Shown here: one piece after another, positions 7,738 through 16,844 of the stretch | Numbering within the stretch: the first letter of the stretch is position 1 | How the letters are laid out: each line of letters begins with the position of its first letter | Origin: Deltaproteobacteria bacterium | GTDB taxonomy: Bacteria; Desulfobacterota; Binatia; UTPRO1 | Assembly (NCBI GenBank): GCA_005879405.1 | Contig: VBKW01000143.1 | Coordinates: forward strand, 1 to 53,249 | Length of the DNA: 53,249 nt | Reading direction: 5' to 3' | Notes under the pieces: generated by a model | The model's input: only the letters and a program-made list of their open reading frames with translations | Databases searched by the model: none | Told to the model about the DNA's origin: nothing | Program-made: the position numbers and the translations under genes

Positions 7738-9116
7738 TGGAGTACCGAAAACAGGTCGTCGAGCATGTGGTTGCTGACGACGATCAGCTGCGAGGCTGCT
7801 TGGAAGCCGCGCTGGAATTGGATGAGGTTCGTGAACTCTTCCTCGAGGCTGACGCCCGAGACCGCGTCGCGCTGCGCCGACAGCGTATCCGACACCGTTT
7901 GCTCGATCGTGGCCTGCGCGTCCGCCGTCCGCGCCAGCGCGCCGGCGTGCGCCTGGATCCCGCCGAAGAAGTCGCCGAGCGTGACGTCGGCGAGCGCGGC
8001 AAAGGTCGTGTCGCCGAGGGCGAGCAATGCCTGGGCGCCGGTATTGTCGCCGGGATTGGCGGTACGCGCGGCGGCGATGCCGCGCGGATCAGTCAGCGCG
8101 ACGGTCAAGTCGGCGGCGCCCGTTCCGGCGAAGAACGCCGCGCCGACGCTGCCGTCGAGGTCGCGACCCGCCGGATCCGTCTGCACGGCGTTCACCGCGT
8201 CGCGGAGCGTCGTCGCGAGGCTATCGAGGTCGGCCGCGACCGCCGGCGTCGTGTTGTCGCGGACGTCGAGCAAGGCGCCGAGCGTCCCGCCGAGCGCGCC
8301 CGGCAGCGGGACCGCCGCATTGCCCTGCTGCACCGCGATCTGTGCCACTGCGCCGCCGTCGAGCGCGGAGCCGCTCGCGCCGTTGACGGTCGTGAGCGTC
8401 GCCGCGTCGCTGCCGAGGACGAGCGCGACCCCCGAGGTGGCGTACACGTTCGTCGTGCCGTCGGATTGCTCGACGACGTGCACGTCGAGACTCTTCGCCA
8501 GCGACAGCAGCGCCTCGCGCCGCGCGTCGCGCAGATCGTTGGCGGTCGCACCGCCGACCTCCGCCGCGTGAATGTTGGCGTTCAGGCTGGCGATCGTCGT
8601 CAGCAGCTGATTCGCGTCGCGCGTCGTCTGCACGACTTGGCGATCGACGTCGCGTTGCGAGCTGGCGAGCGACGCGGCGCTGGCGCGCAGCTGCGACGCG
8701 AGCGTCTCCGCCTTCTGCAACAGGTCCGAGCGAGTGCCGATGTCCTGCGGGCTCGTCGCGAGCGCGTTGGCGGCGGCGAAGAACTCCTGCAACGCGGTGC
8801 CGATCCCCGCGCCTTGCACCGGAAACGTGCCTTGGATGCGATCGAGGAGATCGCGGCTCGTCGTCGCCGCGGCGAGCGTCGAGGCGCTGGCGAGCCGCCG
8901 CGCCTCGAGAAACGGATCGACGGCCTGCAGGACCGCGCCGGCGCGGACGCCGCCGCCGACGGCGTCGCCTTCCGGCGGCACGCTCGTCAGCACGACGCTT
9001 TGCCGGCTGTACCCGGGCGTGTTGACGTTGGCGATGTTCTGCCCGGTCACCTGCAGTGCGCGCTGCTGCGCGAGCAAGGCTTGGCGAGCGATCGAGAGCG
9101 GCGCGAAGATCGACAT
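7734..9116 (-). CDS. flgK: Flagellar hook-associated protein 1 (FlgK)
   Basis: N-terminus MSIFAPLSIARQALLAQQRALQVTGQNIANVNTPGYSRQ. C-terminus EEEFTNLIQFQRGFQAASQLI. Confidence 0.9.
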   Translation of the reverse strand: MSIFAPLSIARQALLAQQRALQVTGQNIANVNTPGYSRQSVVLTSVPPEGDAVGGGVRAGAVLQAVDPFLEARRLASASTLAAATTSRDLLDRIQGTFPVQGAGIGTALQEFFAAANALATSPQDIGTRSDLLQKAETLASQLRASAASLASSQRDVDRQVVQTTRDANQLLTTIASLNANIHAAEVGGATANDLRDARREALLSLAKSLDVHVVEQSDGTTNVYATSGVALVLGSDAATLTTVNGASGSALDGGAVAQIAVQQGNAAVPLPGALGGTLGALLDVRDNTTPAVAADLDSLATTLRDAVNAVQTDPAGRDLDGSVGAAFFAGTGAADLTVALTDPRGIAAARTANPGDNTGAQALLALGDTTFAALADVTLGDFFGGIQAHAGALARTADAQATIEQTVSDTLSAQRDAVSGVSLEEEFTNLIQFQRGFQAASQLIVVSNHMLDDLFSVLQ

Positions 9117-9572
9117 TCACGCGCTCCAGCGATTCGCCCTGCGCTCGGGCGTGCGCAGGACGGCCTGGCGATCGTACCGGCTCTCCGGAAGCTCGCGCCG
9201 CATCACGGTGAGCGTGTCGGTCACGTGCGCGAGCGCCGAACGGATGATCCCCTCGTTGATCCGTTGCGCGCGCCGCACGCGCGCAGCCTCGCCTCGCACC
9301 TCGTCGGCGACGGCCGCGAGCGCCGGGTCCGCGGTGGCGAGCGCGGCGAACGGCACCGCGGCTTCGCGCATGCGGTCACGGCGCAGCCGCGCGACCCGTT
9401 CCCACTCCGCTTGCAACACCTCGCGCTCGCGCAGGCAGGCGACGAGCGCCACGTGATCGTAGCCGGCGACGGCGGCGCGTTCCGCATCGAGGATGGGCAG
9501 CAGCCGTGCGCAGCAGTCGCGCTCGAGCTCGAGCAGGGCCCGCAGGCTCGCCCCGTTGGGCTCGAGGCTCAT
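9117..9572 (-). CDS. flgN: FlgN-like flagellar export chaperone
   Basis: 151-aa helical protein between flgM and flgK. ATG 9572. The longer track ORF (to 9860) overlaps flgM and is Arg-rich out-of-frame sequence. Confidence 0.6.
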   Translation of the reverse strand: MSLEPNGASLRALLELERDCCARLLPILDAERAAVAGYDHVALVACLREREVLQAEWERVARLRRDRMREAAVPFAALATADPALAAVADEVRGEAARVRRAQRINEGIIRSALAHVTDTLTVMRRELPESRYDRQAVLRTPERRANRWSA

Positions 9573-9576
9573 GACG

Positions 9577-9894
9577 TCAGACCACGAGATCGGCCGCGAG
9601 CTCGCTGACCAAGCTCTTCGCGACTGCCGCCGGATCGGGCTGATAGGCATTCGCCACGACGCGCGCCCGCAAGCTCGCGATGCGCGCCGCATCCGGATGC
9701 TCCACCGCGCCGACGTCGGCACGCAGTCGTTGCCGCAGCCGAGCACCGTCGGAGAGCTCGACCCGGTCCGCCGCGGTCGGATCGGGATCGCGTCCGCGCG
9801 TGTCGTCGGTCGTCGGACGCGGCAACGGGACGAGCGTGCTCGGATCCTCCACGCCCGCAATCCCTGGACCGTTCACTCGTCGCGTGATGCGCAT
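9577..9894 (-). CDS. flgM: Anti-sigma-28 factor FlgM
   Basis: 105 aa from ATG 9894. C-terminal RIASLRARVVANAYQPDPAAVAKSLVSE resembles the FlgM sigma-28-binding domain. A sigma-28 promoter lies upstream. Confidence 0.8.
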   Translation of the reverse strand: MRITRRVNGPGIAGVEDPSTLVPLPRPTTDDTRGRDPDPTAADRVELSDGARLRQRLRADVGAVEHPDAARIASLRARVVANAYQPDPAAVAKSLVSELAADLVV

Positions 9895-9937
9895 CGCTCG
9901 GCCTTTCCCCGGCACCCTGATAGTGCCGCCGGTCAGG

Positions 9938-9965
9938 ATATCGACCGAAGAGCGCCGAACCTTTA
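9938..9965 (-). promoter_or_regulatory. Sigma-28 (FliA) promoter of flgM-flgN-flgK-flgL-csrA-fliW
   Basis: The - strand reads TAAAG-N15-GTCGATAT (consensus TAAA-N15-GCCGATAA; here 16 nt separate TAAA from the -10 box). Lies in the flgJ-flgM intergenic region. Confidence 0.6.
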
Positions 9966-9991
9966 GCGACGGAGCGGTACGAAAGTGCCAC

Positions 9992-10879
9992 TCAGGCCTC
10001 CTCCGCGCCGTGCGGCGCCGGCGGCGCGACCGCCGTCGCGCCACCGTCAGGGGCGAGAACCGTCGACGGATCAACCGCTTGGCCGTCGCGGGTCACGGCG
10101 AAGTGGACGTGCGGACCGGTCGCGCGCCCCGTCGACCCCACCGTCGCGAGCACGTCGCCCGCGGCAACTTTCTGGCCGCGCTGGACCAGCGAGCGTTGGA
10201 CGTGGGCGTACGTGCTCACCACGTCGTCGGCGCGCACCTCGACGACGTTGCCCGCCTTGCCGCGCCGGCCGCTGAAGGTCACCTCGCCTGCCGCGACGGC
10301 GTGGATCGCGCTGCCGCGCGGCGCCGCCACGTCGATCCCGAGGTGGAGCGCGCGGGCGCCGGTGATGGGATCGCTGCGCACGCCGAAGCCCGACGTTACC
10401 CGTCCTTCGGCGCCGGCGACGAGCTGGCTCGCGACCGCGTTCTCGGCCGCCGTCGCCGCTCCGAGCCGATCCGAGTCCTCGCCGCCGCCGCTGCGGGTGG
10501 TCTCGTCGGCCGCGGCGATGCCACCGGGTGCCGCCGCCGTCTCGCCGTCGGCGGAGGTCGCCCCGTGCTCGCGGCGCTCGATCTGCGCCGCCAGCTGCTC
10601 CGCGAGCCCGAGGTGCGCGTTCTTCGTGATGCTGCGCGCCAGCTCGCTGTCGAACGCGCCGTCGAGGACCTTGTTCGCGGCGCTGTCGCCGCCGAAAAGG
10701 CCCGTGCTCGCGACCGTCTTCCGCATGGCGCCGATCACCTGCGCCACGAGCAGCGCTTCGAACTCGCGCGCGATCTCGAGCGGCGACTTGTGTCCCTGTC
10801 GATGCTGCTCGTCGATGCCTTGCGGCGTCGTCGGCAGGAGCGCCTCCGTACCGAGAGTGCCAATCGCAAGCGGGCTCAT
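9992..10879 (-). CDS. flgJ: FlgJ-type rod-binding domain fused to an M23 (LytM) peptidase domain
   Basis: N-terminal EIAREFEALLVAQVIGAMRKT (rod-binding). C-terminal HLGIDVAAPRGSAIHAVAAGEV...GSTGRATGPHVHFAV (M23 HxxxD/HxH). GGAGGA SD. Confidence 0.85.
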   Translation of the reverse strand: MSPLAIGTLGTEALLPTTPQGIDEQHRQGHKSPLEIAREFEALLVAQVIGAMRKTVASTGLFGGDSAANKVLDGAFDSELARSITKNAHLGLAEQLAAQIERREHGATSADGETAAAPGGIAAADETTRSGGGEDSDRLGAATAAENAVASQLVAGAEGRVTSGFGVRSDPITGARALHLGIDVAAPRGSAIHAVAAGEVTFSGRRGKAGNVVEVRADDVVSTYAHVQRSLVQRGQKVAAGDVLATVGSTGRATGPHVHFAVTRDGQAVDPSTVLAPDGGATAVAPPAPHGAEEA

Positions 10880-10892
10880 GCGGCGGTCCTCC

Positions 10893-12050
10893 TCACATCA
10901 GCTCGAGCTCGGCGTCGAGGGCGCCGGCGCTCTTGATCGCCTGTAGGACGGCGATCAGATCTTGTGGCGTGACGCCGAGGGCATTCAGGCCGCCTACGAG
11001 CTGTCCCAGGCTCACGGCGCCGCGTAGCAGCGCCAACCGCTGCTCTTTCCCTTGCTCGACGTTGATCGTGCTGTCCGGCACGACGACGGTCTCGCCGTTC
11101 GAGAACGGCGCCGGCTGCGACACGCCGAGGTCGGTCTTCACCTGGATCTGCAAGCTGCCGTGCGCGATCGCGACCGGCGCGATCCGCACGTCCTCGCCCA
11201 TGATGACGGTGCCGGTGCGCTCGTTGACGATCACTTTGGCGCGCCGGCTCGGCACCACCTCGAGGTTCTCGATCTCGGGCAGCATCAGCATCGCGCGCTC
11301 GTTCTCCAGGAGGTGGATCTCGATCGTCGCCGGATCGACCGCCTGCGCCGCGCCGTCGCCGAGCGCCGCGTTCACGGCGCTCGCGACGCGCGTCGCGGTC
11401 GTGACGTCGGCGTCGTGCAAGCTGAGGCGCACGATGCCGTCGGCCCCCAGGTTCACCGGCACCTCGCGCTCGACGATCGCGCCACCGGTCACGACACCCA
11501 CCGTCGGGTGGCCGCTCGTCGCCGACGCACCCGCCGCTTGCGCCGCATAGCCGCCGCCGAGTGAGACCGGACCTTGCGCGACCGCGTACACGTGCTGATC
11601 GGCGGCGGTGAGCGGCGTCAGGATCAACGTGCCGCCGCGCAGCGACTTGGCGTCGCCGATCGACGACAGCTGCACGTCGATGCGGTTCCCGGAGCGCGCG
11701 AACGGCGGCAGCGTCGCCGTCACGACGACTGCCGCCGCATTCTTCACCCGGATCTGCCGCGGATCGACCGAGATCGTGACGCCGCGGCGCCGCAGCATGC
11801 TCAAGATGCTCTGCACCGTGAAGAGCGACTGCTGCCCGTCGCCCGTCCCGTCGAGTCCGACGACGACACCGTACCCGGAGAGCTGATTCGACCGCACCCC
11901 CTCGACGTCGGCGATGTCCTTGATGCGCGCCGCCCGCGCGGGTGTCGCAGCAAGCACGACGAGCGCGAAGACCGCGAGCGTCACGGCGCCCATCGGAGGA
12001 TGCGCGCGAAGCGCGCACCGCACGGCGGCGAAATCAATCAAAACGGCCAT
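10893..12050 (-). CDS. flgI: Flagellar P-ring protein FlgI
   Basis: Signal peptide then IKDIADVEGVRSNQLSGYGVVVGLDGTGD. Start is ATG 12050 (overlaps the flgH stop) or ATG 11993. The track ORF to 12683 is an artefact. Confidence 0.9.
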   Translation of the reverse strand: MAVLIDFAAVRCALRAHPPMGAVTLAVFALVVLAATPARAARIKDIADVEGVRSNQLSGYGVVVGLDGTGDGQQSLFTVQSILSMLRRRGVTISVDPRQIRVKNAAAVVVTATLPPFARSGNRIDVQLSSIGDAKSLRGGTLILTPLTAADQHVYAVAQGPVSLGGGYAAQAAGASATSGHPTVGVVTGGAIVEREVPVNLGADGIVRLSLHDADVTTATRVASAVNAALGDGAAQAVDPATIEIHLLENERAMLMLPEIENLEVVPSRRAKVIVNERTGTVIMGEDVRIAPVAIAHGSLQIQVKTDLGVSQPAPFSNGETVVVPDSTINVEQGKEQRLALLRGAVSLGQLVGGLNALGVTPQDLIAVLQAIKSAGALDAELELM

Positions 12051-12859
12051 ACCAAATCCATGAGCCAGTACCCCCAGCCGGGACGCTGCTTCATGCCGAC
12101 GACGCCGATGCCGTAGAAATCGATGCGTCCGAGGGCGACGCGCGATGACAGCACCTGGTTCTGTGCGTCGACGTCCTCGGGACGGACCCAGCCGCCGATC
12201 ACGAGATGCTGGTCCTCGTGATTCACCGAGACGATCTTCTCGCCCTCGATCCAGAGGTTGCCGTTCGGCGCGACCTCGGTGACCTGTGCGCTCATGAGCG
12301 CGGAGAGCTTGCCGTGGCGATTGGTCGTGCCCTGGCCGTCCCACTCGCGGTCGGTGTCGGCGGCGATGAGCGCGTTCGGGTTGATGTTGGGGTGATGCTT
12401 CTGGAGCTGCTGCGGGAACCCGAAGAACTCCGCGATGCTCGCGGTGACCGTCGTCTTCGTCTTCGTCGCGGTCTCCGCGTCCTTGCTGCCGGAGGCGTCC
12501 TCGGAGACCACGATCGTGATCAAGTCGCCCGGGTACCGCGCCTTCACGTCGCTGAACGGGAAGTTGGCGCTCACGTTGTCGCGCCAGAGCGAGCCGGTGC
12601 GCGCCGCCTGGATCGGCACCGGCGGCGCCGCGACGACGCCGCCGCGCACCTGCGGTCGCCGATCGAGGTACATGCGCCCGCAACCGGCCAGCGCCGATGC
12701 CGTCAGCAGCAGCGCGAGCAGGACGATCTGCGCGCCGGGCGCGACTCGGCTCGGCGGGCGCTCAGTACTGGACGAGAACCGTTCCACGCTCCACCACCTG
12801 CGCCGCGATCTCCTGCTGTGACTTGCGATTGCGAACGCGGATCTGCGCGCCCGCGGCAC
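12038..12859 (-). CDS. flgH: Flagellar L-ring lipoprotein FlgH
   Basis: Lipobox LLTASALAGC, plus GDLITIVVSEDASGSKDAE and HLVIGGWVRPEDV. The true start is probably the internal GTG at 12787 rather than GTG 12859. Confidence 0.9.
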   Translation of the reverse strand: MPRARRSAFAIASHSRRSRRRWWSVERFSSSTERPPSRVAPGAQIVLLALLLTASALAGCGRMYLDRRPQVRGGVVAAPPVPIQAARTGSLWRDNVSANFPFSDVKARYPGDLITIVVSEDASGSKDAETATKTKTTVTASIAEFFGFPQQLQKHHPNINPNALIAADTDREWDGQGTTNRHGKLSALMSAQVTEVAPNGNLWIEGEKIVSVNHEDQHLVIGGWVRPEDVDAQNQVLSSRVALGRIDFYGIGVVGMKQRPGWGYWLMDLVWPF

Positions 12860-13790
12860 CCGCCTCCAACGCCTCGCCGGGCGTGCTGAGACGCATCCCC
12901 GGCGTCTCGACGACGATCGTCACCACGTCGCCGCGACGGACGAGGAGCGGGCTCGCGAGCGCCGTCACGGTCACGGGCGCGTTCGCCGGCAGCGCCGCGC
13001 GCGCTTCCTTGCCGACGGCGTCGGCCACCGTCGTGACGATGCCCGACGGCAACCCGGTGAGCTCGCGCTCCTCGACGGTCACGTCCTCACGCCGCAGCAC
13101 CGCCCCGCGCGCGACGGCATGGCGCAGCAGGACGATCGGCCCCGTGACGCCGACCTCGAGCCGCGCCGCCAGCGTCGCCACGACGTTTCCGTCCTGCACC
13201 AGCTCGACCTCGATTCGCCGCCGCGGCGCCCGCGCGCTCGCCGCCGACGGCGGCAGCACCCTCACGTCGTACGGTCCCGGCGGAATGCGCGCCGCCCCCC
13301 CGACGTCGACGCTGCGCAGCTGCTCGCCCGCCCCGAGCAAGGACGCCGCGTCGCGCTCGACCGCACCACGGATCTCGTCCGCGCTCACATCCTGGTACGC
13401 CCGCGCCACCCGCACGTTGGCGGGAATTTCGTAGCGCGTCGCCGCGTCACGAAGGCCGGCAGTGCGCAGCTTCTGCAAGATCGCCACGCCGTCGAGACGT
13501 TTACTGCCGCCCGGATCCGGCGCCGCGCCGAGGTCGACCCCGCCAAAGTCCGCGCCATTGCCCTCGAGCACCGCGACGTCCGCGAGACGAATCGCCGCGC
13601 CGTCGACGGTCGCCACGCGCCCGACGACGATGCGCCCGAGCGGCCCGACCGTGTCGCCGTGGCCGTCGTCGCCACGTACCGACGTCGCCGCGACCGCGGC
13701 GACGAGCAACGTCGCAACCGCCGCCCACCCCGCAGCGCCGAGCGCGATCCGAAGCGCGACGCCCGAGGTCGTCTGTCTCTCTCGTCGCAT
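12762..13790 (-). CDS. flgA: Flagellar P-ring assembly chaperone FlgA
   Basis: N-terminal signal/TM segment. C-terminal RRGDVVTIVVETPGMRLSTPGEALEAGAAGAQIRVRN is typical of FlgA. Confidence 0.8.
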   Translation of the reverse strand: MRRERQTTSGVALRIALGAAGWAAVATLLVAAVAATSVRGDDGHGDTVGPLGRIVVGRVATVDGAAIRLADVAVLEGNGADFGGVDLGAAPDPGGSKRLDGVAILQKLRTAGLRDAATRYEIPANVRVARAYQDVSADEIRGAVERDAASLLGAGEQLRSVDVGGAARIPPGPYDVRVLPPSAASARAPRRRIEVELVQDGNVVATLAARLEVGVTGPIVLLRHAVARGAVLRREDVTVEERELTGLPSGIVTTVADAVGKEARAALPANAPVTVTALASPLLVRRGDVVTIVVETPGMRLSTPGEALEAGAAGAQIRVRNRKSQQEIAAQVVERGTVLVQY

Positions 13791-13801
13791 CGCGCGCCGA
13801 C

Positions 13802-14590
13802 TCAGCGCCCGAGCTGTGACGCGGTGCGGAGCATCTCGTCGGCGGCCGTGATCGCGCGCGAGTTGATCTCGTAGGCGCGTTGCCCTGTGATCATCGCCAC
13901 GAGCTCCTCGACGACGCTCACGTTCGAGCCCTCGAGGAACCCTTGCGCGAGCTGGCCGTGGCCGTCCTGGCCGGGCGTGCCCGGCTGCGCCGTGCCGGCA
14001 GTGTCGGTCTCGCGGAAGAGGTTGCGACCCTCGGCGCGGAGACCGGCGGGATTTGCGAAACGCGCCGTCTGGATCTGCCCGACCTGGCTCGGTGCGGTTT
14101 GCCCGGCGAGCTTCACGCTCACGGTGCCGTCGCTGCCGATCGTGACCGACTCGGCGGCTTGCGGAATCGTGATCTGCGGATTCACCGGGTTGCCCTCGGA
14201 GGTGACGAGCGACCCCGTCGAGTCGAGCTTGAACGCGCCGGCGCGGGTGTACGCCGTGTTGCCGTCGGGCAGCGTCACCTGGAAGAAGCCGTCGCCCTCG
14301 ATCGCGATGTCGAGCGGATTCGTCGTCTGGTCGAAGTCGCCTTGCAGGTGGATGCGCTCGACGGCGGCCGGACGCACGCCGAGGCCGACCTGGATGCCGG
14401 TCGGCACCTGCGTCGTGCCGGTCGCGAGACCGCCCGGCTCCTTCAACGTCTGGTAGAGCAGATCCTGAAAGTCGGCGCGGCTCTTCTTGAAGCCGGCGGT
14501 ACCGACGTTCGCGAGGTTGTTCGCGATCACGTCGATGTTGAGCTGCTGCGCCTCCATGCCGGTCGCGGCGCTGTAGAGTGCACGGATCAT
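13802..14590 (-). CDS. flgG: Flagellar distal rod protein FlgG
   Basis: N-terminus [39 protein letters not shown]-terminus [20 protein letters not shown]. Confidence 0.95.
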   Translation of the reverse strand: MIRALYSAATGMEAQQLNIDVIANNLANVGTAGFKKSRADFQDLLYQTLKEPGGLATGTTQVPTGIQVGLGVRPAAVERIHLQGDFDQTTNPLDIAIEGDGFFQVTLPDGNTAYTRAGAFKLDSTGSLVTSEGNPVNPQITIPQAAESVTIGSDGTVSVKLAGQTAPSQVGQIQTARFANPAGLRAEGRNLFRETDTAGTAQPGTPGQDGHGQLAQGFLEGSNVSVVEELVAMITGQRAYEINSRAITAADEMLRTASQLGR

Positions 14591-14601
14591 CGTTCTCCCC
14601 C

Positions 14602-15342
14602 TTACACGCGGCCGACGTCGGTGACGGCGCGACCGCTCACCTGATCGAGGCGCGATGCGGCCTGCATGTACGCCTCGTAGCCGCGCATCGTGTCGATCAG
14701 CTGCACCAAGCTCTCGATCGGCGACGCGTTCGCGCCCTCGAGCGCGCCTTGTCGGACGGTCACGTCACCCGGCGCCGCGGCGACGAGGGGTAGCGAGCCC
14801 GCTGCGAACACGGTCCCGCCTTCGCGCACGAGCTTACTCGGATCGGCGACGGTGACGACGCGCAGCTTGCCGGCGGTGAGATCGCCGGCGTGCACGGTGC
14901 CGTCGGCCGCGATCGCGAGTGGCCCGCTACTCGCCGGACCGACGCCGCCGACCCGCAGATCGCCGTTCTCGCCTTGGACCCGCCAGCCGTCTTTCGTCGC
15001 CAGGAACCCGTCGCCGTCGATCATGAGGTTGCCGCGGCGGGTGAGGCGCTCGCCGCGCGGTCCGTCGACGACGAGAAACCCCTTGCCGGCGAGCGCGACG
15101 TCGAGCAGGTTCCCGGTCGGCTCGATCGGTCCCTGCGAGAAATCCGTCTCGACGACGACGCGGGCGATCGGCGTGTCGACCGCCATCGGATCGGGCGCGG
15201 TGCCGACCGCCGCTGCCCGCTGCGCGACCCGCTCCGCCTTGAAGCCCGGCGTGCTGGCGTTCGCCAAGTTGTTGGTGATCGCGTCCAAGCGCGTGAGCGC
15301 CAAGATGCCTCCCGAAACGGCCGAGTACATTCCCGCGTTCAT
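14602..15342 (-). CDS. flgF: Flagellar proximal rod protein FlgF
   Basis: [38 protein letters not shown] with C-terminal [19 protein letters not shown] 15342 chosen; the track start 15387 would overlap the promoter. Confidence 0.85.
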   Translation of the reverse strand: MNAGMYSAVSGGILALTRLDAITNNLANASTPGFKAERVAQRAAAVGTAPDPMAVDTPIARVVVETDFSQGPIEPTGNLLDVALAGKGFLVVDGPRGERLTRRGNLMIDGDGFLATKDGWRVQGENGDLRVGGVGPASSGPLAIAADGTVHAGDLTAGKLRVVTVADPSKLVREGGTVFAAGSLPLVAAAPGDVTVRQGALEGANASPIESLVQLIDTMRGYEAYMQAASRLDQVSGRAVTDVGRV

Positions 15343-15370
15343 GATCCGCTCCGCATCGCGGGCCCTTGGG

Positions 15371-15386
15371 AGCAACGCTCGTGCCA
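15371..15386 (-). promoter_or_regulatory. Sigma-54 promoter of flgF-flgG-flgA-flgH-flgI-flgJ
   Basis: The - strand reads TGGCACGAGCGTTGCT, a perfect consensus. It lies 28 nt upstream of ATG 15342. Confidence 0.8.
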
Positions 15387-15488
15387 CGCGCGTGCTTCGT
15401 CACCGCGTCGCGCAGCGCCACGAAACTCGGCGCCCGTGATGGTGCACGTGCCGGCGCGCGCCCGGCCGCGTCGACGCGACGAAGACGT

Positions 15489-15503
15489 CGGCAAACTTTG
15501 CCG
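15489..15503. promoter_or_regulatory. Palindrome CGGCAaacttTGCCG, candidate enhancer (class A)
   Basis: Perfect CGGCA-N5-TGCCG 102 nt upstream of the flgF sigma-54 promoter. A degenerate second copy abuts it (about 15502..15517). Confidence 0.55.
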
Positions 15504-15565
15504 GGCGATTCTTGCCGCGTGCCCACGGTCGCGACGGCGCGCGCAGCCGACAGAGGCGCGTGCGG

Positions 15566-16048
15566 TCACGCGTGCACCGCCGTCGCGACGCGCGACCGCG
15601 ACGCCTTGCCGCGCGCGCCGCGCCGCTCGTCGTCGCGCAGACCGATGACGACGCGCACTTCCGCCGCCGGCATGTCGACGCGGCGGGCGATCTCCTCGAC
15701 CGGCATCGCCGCCGCGGCGAGGCCGCGAATGCTCGCGATCACGTCGCGATCGATCGCGCCTGCGTCGCGCGTCGCAGTGACGCCGGGGCGCGCGCCGACG
15801 GCGTTCGACTCGTCCACGAGCGCGCGCAAGCGTCGCTCGTGCGCGTCGAGCGCGCCGTCGAGGTCACGCGCGACTCCTTCCGATTGCGCGACGAGGACGC
15901 GCAGGCGCTCGAAGATCTCCTGCAAGCGGCGCTCGCGCTCTTCCCAGTCTGCGTGCGCTTGCGGGTCGCGACGCAGACGCCACGATACCGCTGCGAGCAT
16001 CACGATCACGACCACGTCCAGCGCCGGCATGATCCACGTACCATTCAT
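15566..16048 (-). CDS. Small single-pass membrane protein with coiled coil and C-terminal HTH-like segment (DUF2802-like)
   Basis: N-terminal TM MPALDVVVIVMLAAVSW, an Arg/Glu-rich helix, then C-terminal MPVEEIARRVDMPAAEVRVVIGL. Lies immediately downstream of fliA. Confidence 0.6.
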   Translation of the reverse strand: MNGTWIMPALDVVVIVMLAAVSWRLRRDPQAHADWEERERRLQEIFERLRVLVAQSEGVARDLDGALDAHERRLRALVDESNAVGARPGVTATRDAGAIDRDVIASIRGLAAAAMPVEEIARRVDMPAAEVRVVIGLRDDERRGARGKASRSRVATAVHA

Positions 16049-16067
16049 CGCTCCGCCTCCTCCGCGG

Positions 16068-16844
16068 TCACGCCTGCGCGCCGAAGTGCTCGTGCAGGAG
16101 GCCGCGCAACCGCAGCAACGCCTGGGCGTGCAGCTGCGACACGCGCGACTCGGTGAGCCCGAGTACCGCGCCCGCCTCTTTCATCGTGATGCCTTCGTGA
16201 TAGTAGAGCGCGACCACCGTGCGCTCTTTCTCGGGCAGCGCACGGATCGCGTCGGCGACGAGCGAGACGCGCTCCTGTGACAGCAGCGCGTGCATCGGAT
16301 CGTCGCCCTCGCCTTGCAGAAGCCGCTCGAGCTGGATGCGCTCCTGCCCCGGCCGGACGCCGAGGTCTTCGAGACTGAAGAGCGTCATCTGCCCGACCTC
16401 GGAGAGCAGCGCGTGCAGCCCGCCGAGCGTCATCCCGAGGGCCTCCGCCGCCTCCTCCTCCGTCGCCGGCCGTCCGAGCACGCCTTCGAGACGACGGTAC
16501 GTCTTCTCGAGGAGCGTCGCCTTCTGCCGGACGCTCCGCGACACCCAATCCATGCCGCGCAAGTGATCGAGGATCGCGCCGCGGATGCGGAACTGCGCGT
16601 AGGTCGCGAACGCCGTCTGCTTCCTCTCGTCGTACTTCTTGAACGCGTCGAGGAGCCCCTCGATACCCCAGCTCACGAGCTCGTCGAGGTCGATCTGCGG
16701 CGGCTTGCGCACGGCGAGGCGCTGCACGACGCGGCGGACGAGCGGCAGATGCGCGCGGATCGCCTCGTCGGGCGGCGTCCCGGCGCGCTCGCTCGCGCTG
16801 CGGCCGCGCGCGCCGTACGCTTTCGTGTGGGAGCCGGTCCTCAC
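16068..16844 (-). CDS. fliA: Flagellar sigma factor FliA (sigma-28)
   Basis: Region 2 FATYAQFRIRGAILDHLR and region 4 TMKEAGAVLGLTESRVSQLHAQALLRLR. GTG 16844 overlaps the flhG stop (GTGA), with GGAGG 7 nt upstream. Confidence 0.9.
   Translation of the reverse strand: MRTGSHTKAYGARGRSASERAGTPPDEAIRAHLPLVRRVVQRLAVRKPPQIDLDELVSWGIEGLLDAFKKYDERKQTAFATYAQFRIRGAILDHLRGMDWVSRSVRQKATLLEKTYRRLEGVLGRPATEEEAAEALGMTLGGLHALLSEVGQMTLFSLEDLGVRPGQERIQLERLLQGEGDDPMHALLSQERVSLVADAIRALPEKERTVVALYYHEGITMKEAGAVLGLTESRVSQLHAQALLRLRGLLHEHFGAQA

Noticed and set aside
8789-8802. Sigma-54-like element CGGCAC-CGCG-TTGC (- strand) inside flgK
   Set aside because: The spacer is one base too short (N4), and the element is intragenic.
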